64,000 nt of DNA from Cirrosporium novae-zelandiae. Its lineage: Eukaryota. The stretch lies in the NCBI GenBank assembly GCA_026023565.1, contig JAPETS010000012.1, positions 1 to 64,000 on the forward strand. Direction: 5' to 3'. Of the stretch, positions 62,399 through 64,000 are shown piece after piece. The stretch's first letter is position 1. Each line of letters begins with the position of its first letter. The notes below the pieces were generated by a model. That model worked only from the letters and a program-made list of their open reading frames with translations, had not been told where the DNA came from and did no database searches. The position numbers and the translations under genes are program-made.

Positions 62399-63883
62399 AT
62401 GCCACCATACCGCGCAACAATGTCTCAACTTCTGGAAGGCGTTTTCGCCATCCATAAGCCTCCAGGCAATACCTCTGCTGAAATGATCCGCAAGCTGCAA
62501 ACCCATTTTACGCGCTCCAACCTTTTTGCGCCGAACCTTGACGAGATCCGGGAAAAAATGGCTCGCGATAACCACAACCAGCGAAAACGCCGAAGGCAAA
62601 AAGCACCACGTCTTAAGATTGGTCATGGGGGAACATTAGATCCCGATGCTACCGGGGTGCTGGCCATTGGCATTGGAAATGGTTGCAAAACTTTGAATCA
62701 CTTCCTCTCTAGCACCAAATGCTACGAGGCAGTCGTATTGTTCGGAGCAGCCTCAGATACATATGATATTAGTGGAAGAGTTCTGAGTCGGGCAGATACA
62801 TCGCATATTACCCGAAATGTCGTTGAAGAGGCATTGACTCAGTTCCGTGGGGAGATTATGCAAAGACCACCAATATTCTCTGCTCTTCATATTAATGGAA
62901 AGCGGCTCTATGAATATGCTCGAGAGGCTGCAGCTGCAGGCCATGATTCTATCCCCGTTGATGTCCCTAAAAGATTGGTCAGGGTAGACAGTCTCGAACT
63001 GGTGGAGTGGTTGGAACCAGGCGCTCATCCTTATCAGATTCCAGCAGATGCCGATCAAGCTGATAGTTCGGAGCGAAGAATAGCAGAGAAAATGATGGAG
63101 GTCGCAGATGAGTCTGAGAAAATCCCAAACAGTAACGCCAATGATTCTAAAGAGAAGAATTCCACCGACCCTTCTATAAATTCCACCACAAATACTGACT
63201 CTACCACTCTACCAACCCCCCTCGAAGACTCCAAAATTTTACCCGCAAACAATGATCCTACACCTACGAATGGCTCTGTAATTGATGACTCTAATGTTGC
63301 CTCAGCCTCTCCCGCCGAAACCAGCTCGATAGCAGGCCACAAGCGTTCCCGCTCCGAAGATCAGGATCCTTTTTTCCGTGAAAAGCGTCGTCGTGAAGCA
63401 GATGCTGCAGATCGCTTTGTCCGTGAAACCGAAACAGCTCGTCGAATCAAAGTGCGAGATTCGGAACCACTCTACATGATGACCGGTGCTCTAATCCCTC
63501 CTTCACCTTCCCCTTCACCTTCAACTGACGGCATTAATACTATTTCAGCACCTGTTCCCGCAGCGAAGATTCGTATGACTGTATCCTCCGGCTTTTACGT
63601 TCGATCCTTGTGCCATGATTTGGGTAAGGCGGTTGGTAGCCTGGGGCTAATGGCTAATCTGGTAAGAACAAGGCAGGGGGAATTTGAGCTGGGGAAGAAT
63701 GTTTTAGAATGGGAGAATATCGAAAAGGGCGAGGAAGTGTGGGGACCGCTGGTTAGGGATATGCTTAAAGATTGGATGTGGAAGCAGGACCACGACAATG
63801 AGAGCGATGATGAAACGTTGGGCAAAGGCGAGACAGAAGATAAAGGGGAGTCATCTGGTGGGGAGAAGGTGAAGGAAGCGTAG
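62399..63883 (+). CDS. PUS4: tRNA pseudouridine-55 synthase (TruB family); in-frame ATGs at 62399 and 62420
   Basis: EGVFAIHKP, KIGHGGTLDPDATGVL, KCYEAVVLFG, QRPPIFSALHINGKRLYEYAR, VSSGFYVRSLCHDLG. Confidence 0.93.
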   Translation: MPPYRATMSQLLEGVFAIHKPPGNTSAEMIRKLQTHFTRSNLFAPNLDEIREKMARDNHNQRKRRRQKAPRLKIGHGGTLDPDATGVLAIGIGNGCKTLNHFLSSTKCYEAVVLFGAASDTYDISGRVLSRADTSHITRNVVEEALTQFRGEIMQRPPIFSALHINGKRLYEYAREAAAAGHDSIPVDVPKRLVRVDSLELVEWLEPGAHPYQIPADADQADSSERRIAEKMMEVADESEKIPNSNANDSKEKNSTDPSINSTTNTDSTTLPTPLEDSKILPANNDPTPTNGSVIDDSNVASASPAETSSIAGHKRSRSEDQDPFFREKRRREADAADRFVRETETARRIKVRDSEPLYMMTGALIPPSPSPSPSTDGINTISAPVPAAKIRMTVSSGFYVRSLCHDLGKAVGSLGLMANLVRTRQGEFELGKNVLEWENIEKGEEVWGPLVRDMLKDWMWKQDHDNESDDETLGKGETEDKGESSGGEKVKEA

Positions 63884-64000
63884 CTATAGATCTCACAACA
63901 CCTAGTGAGATTTATACTCTTAATAACTTTTCAAGTTTACTAGGAAATCCAAAGGCTCTATAATCCCGTAAGTCTGTTGAACAATCTTGGAACTACATCT

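Overview
This is eukaryotic DNA from a filamentous ascomycete (Pezizomycotina, inferred from protein families and short GT-AG introns of mostly ~50-60 nt with CTRAY branch points). I can reconstruct 19 protein-coding genes, most of them spliced: aromatic amino-acid decarboxylase, a fungal multi-pass membrane protein, a single-TM low-complexity protein, UVRAG/Vps38, MHR1, PTC1, APC13, POL12, a UPF0052/CofD-like protein, a secreted EGF + GH43-like propeller protein, TEL1/ATM, NUP192, YPT7, EBP2, a THI74/SLC35F-like transporter, CUL4, a divergent CipC-like protein, an RFTS + C2H2 protein (Raf2/DIM-7-like) and PUS4. There is no CRISPR array, rRNA or intact transposase. The most notable non-routine signals are: (i) a 26-bp stem with G:U pairs in the oversized CUL4 intron that folds it back to normal length, with a weaker analogue in the other long intron; (ii) a ~5 kb repeat-containing island between CUL4 and its probable complex partner Raf2/DIM-7, holding two inverted copies of a tRNA-derived SINE-like repeat (one RIP-like mutated) and a hAT-type MITE with an 8-bp TSD; (iii) an intronless, GC-rich EGF/GH43-like gene; (iv) a micro-exon or stwintron-like start in APC13; and (v) a recurring C-rich-to-G-rich switch at gene 3' ends. 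All family assignments come from motif recognition by eye; no database searches were run.
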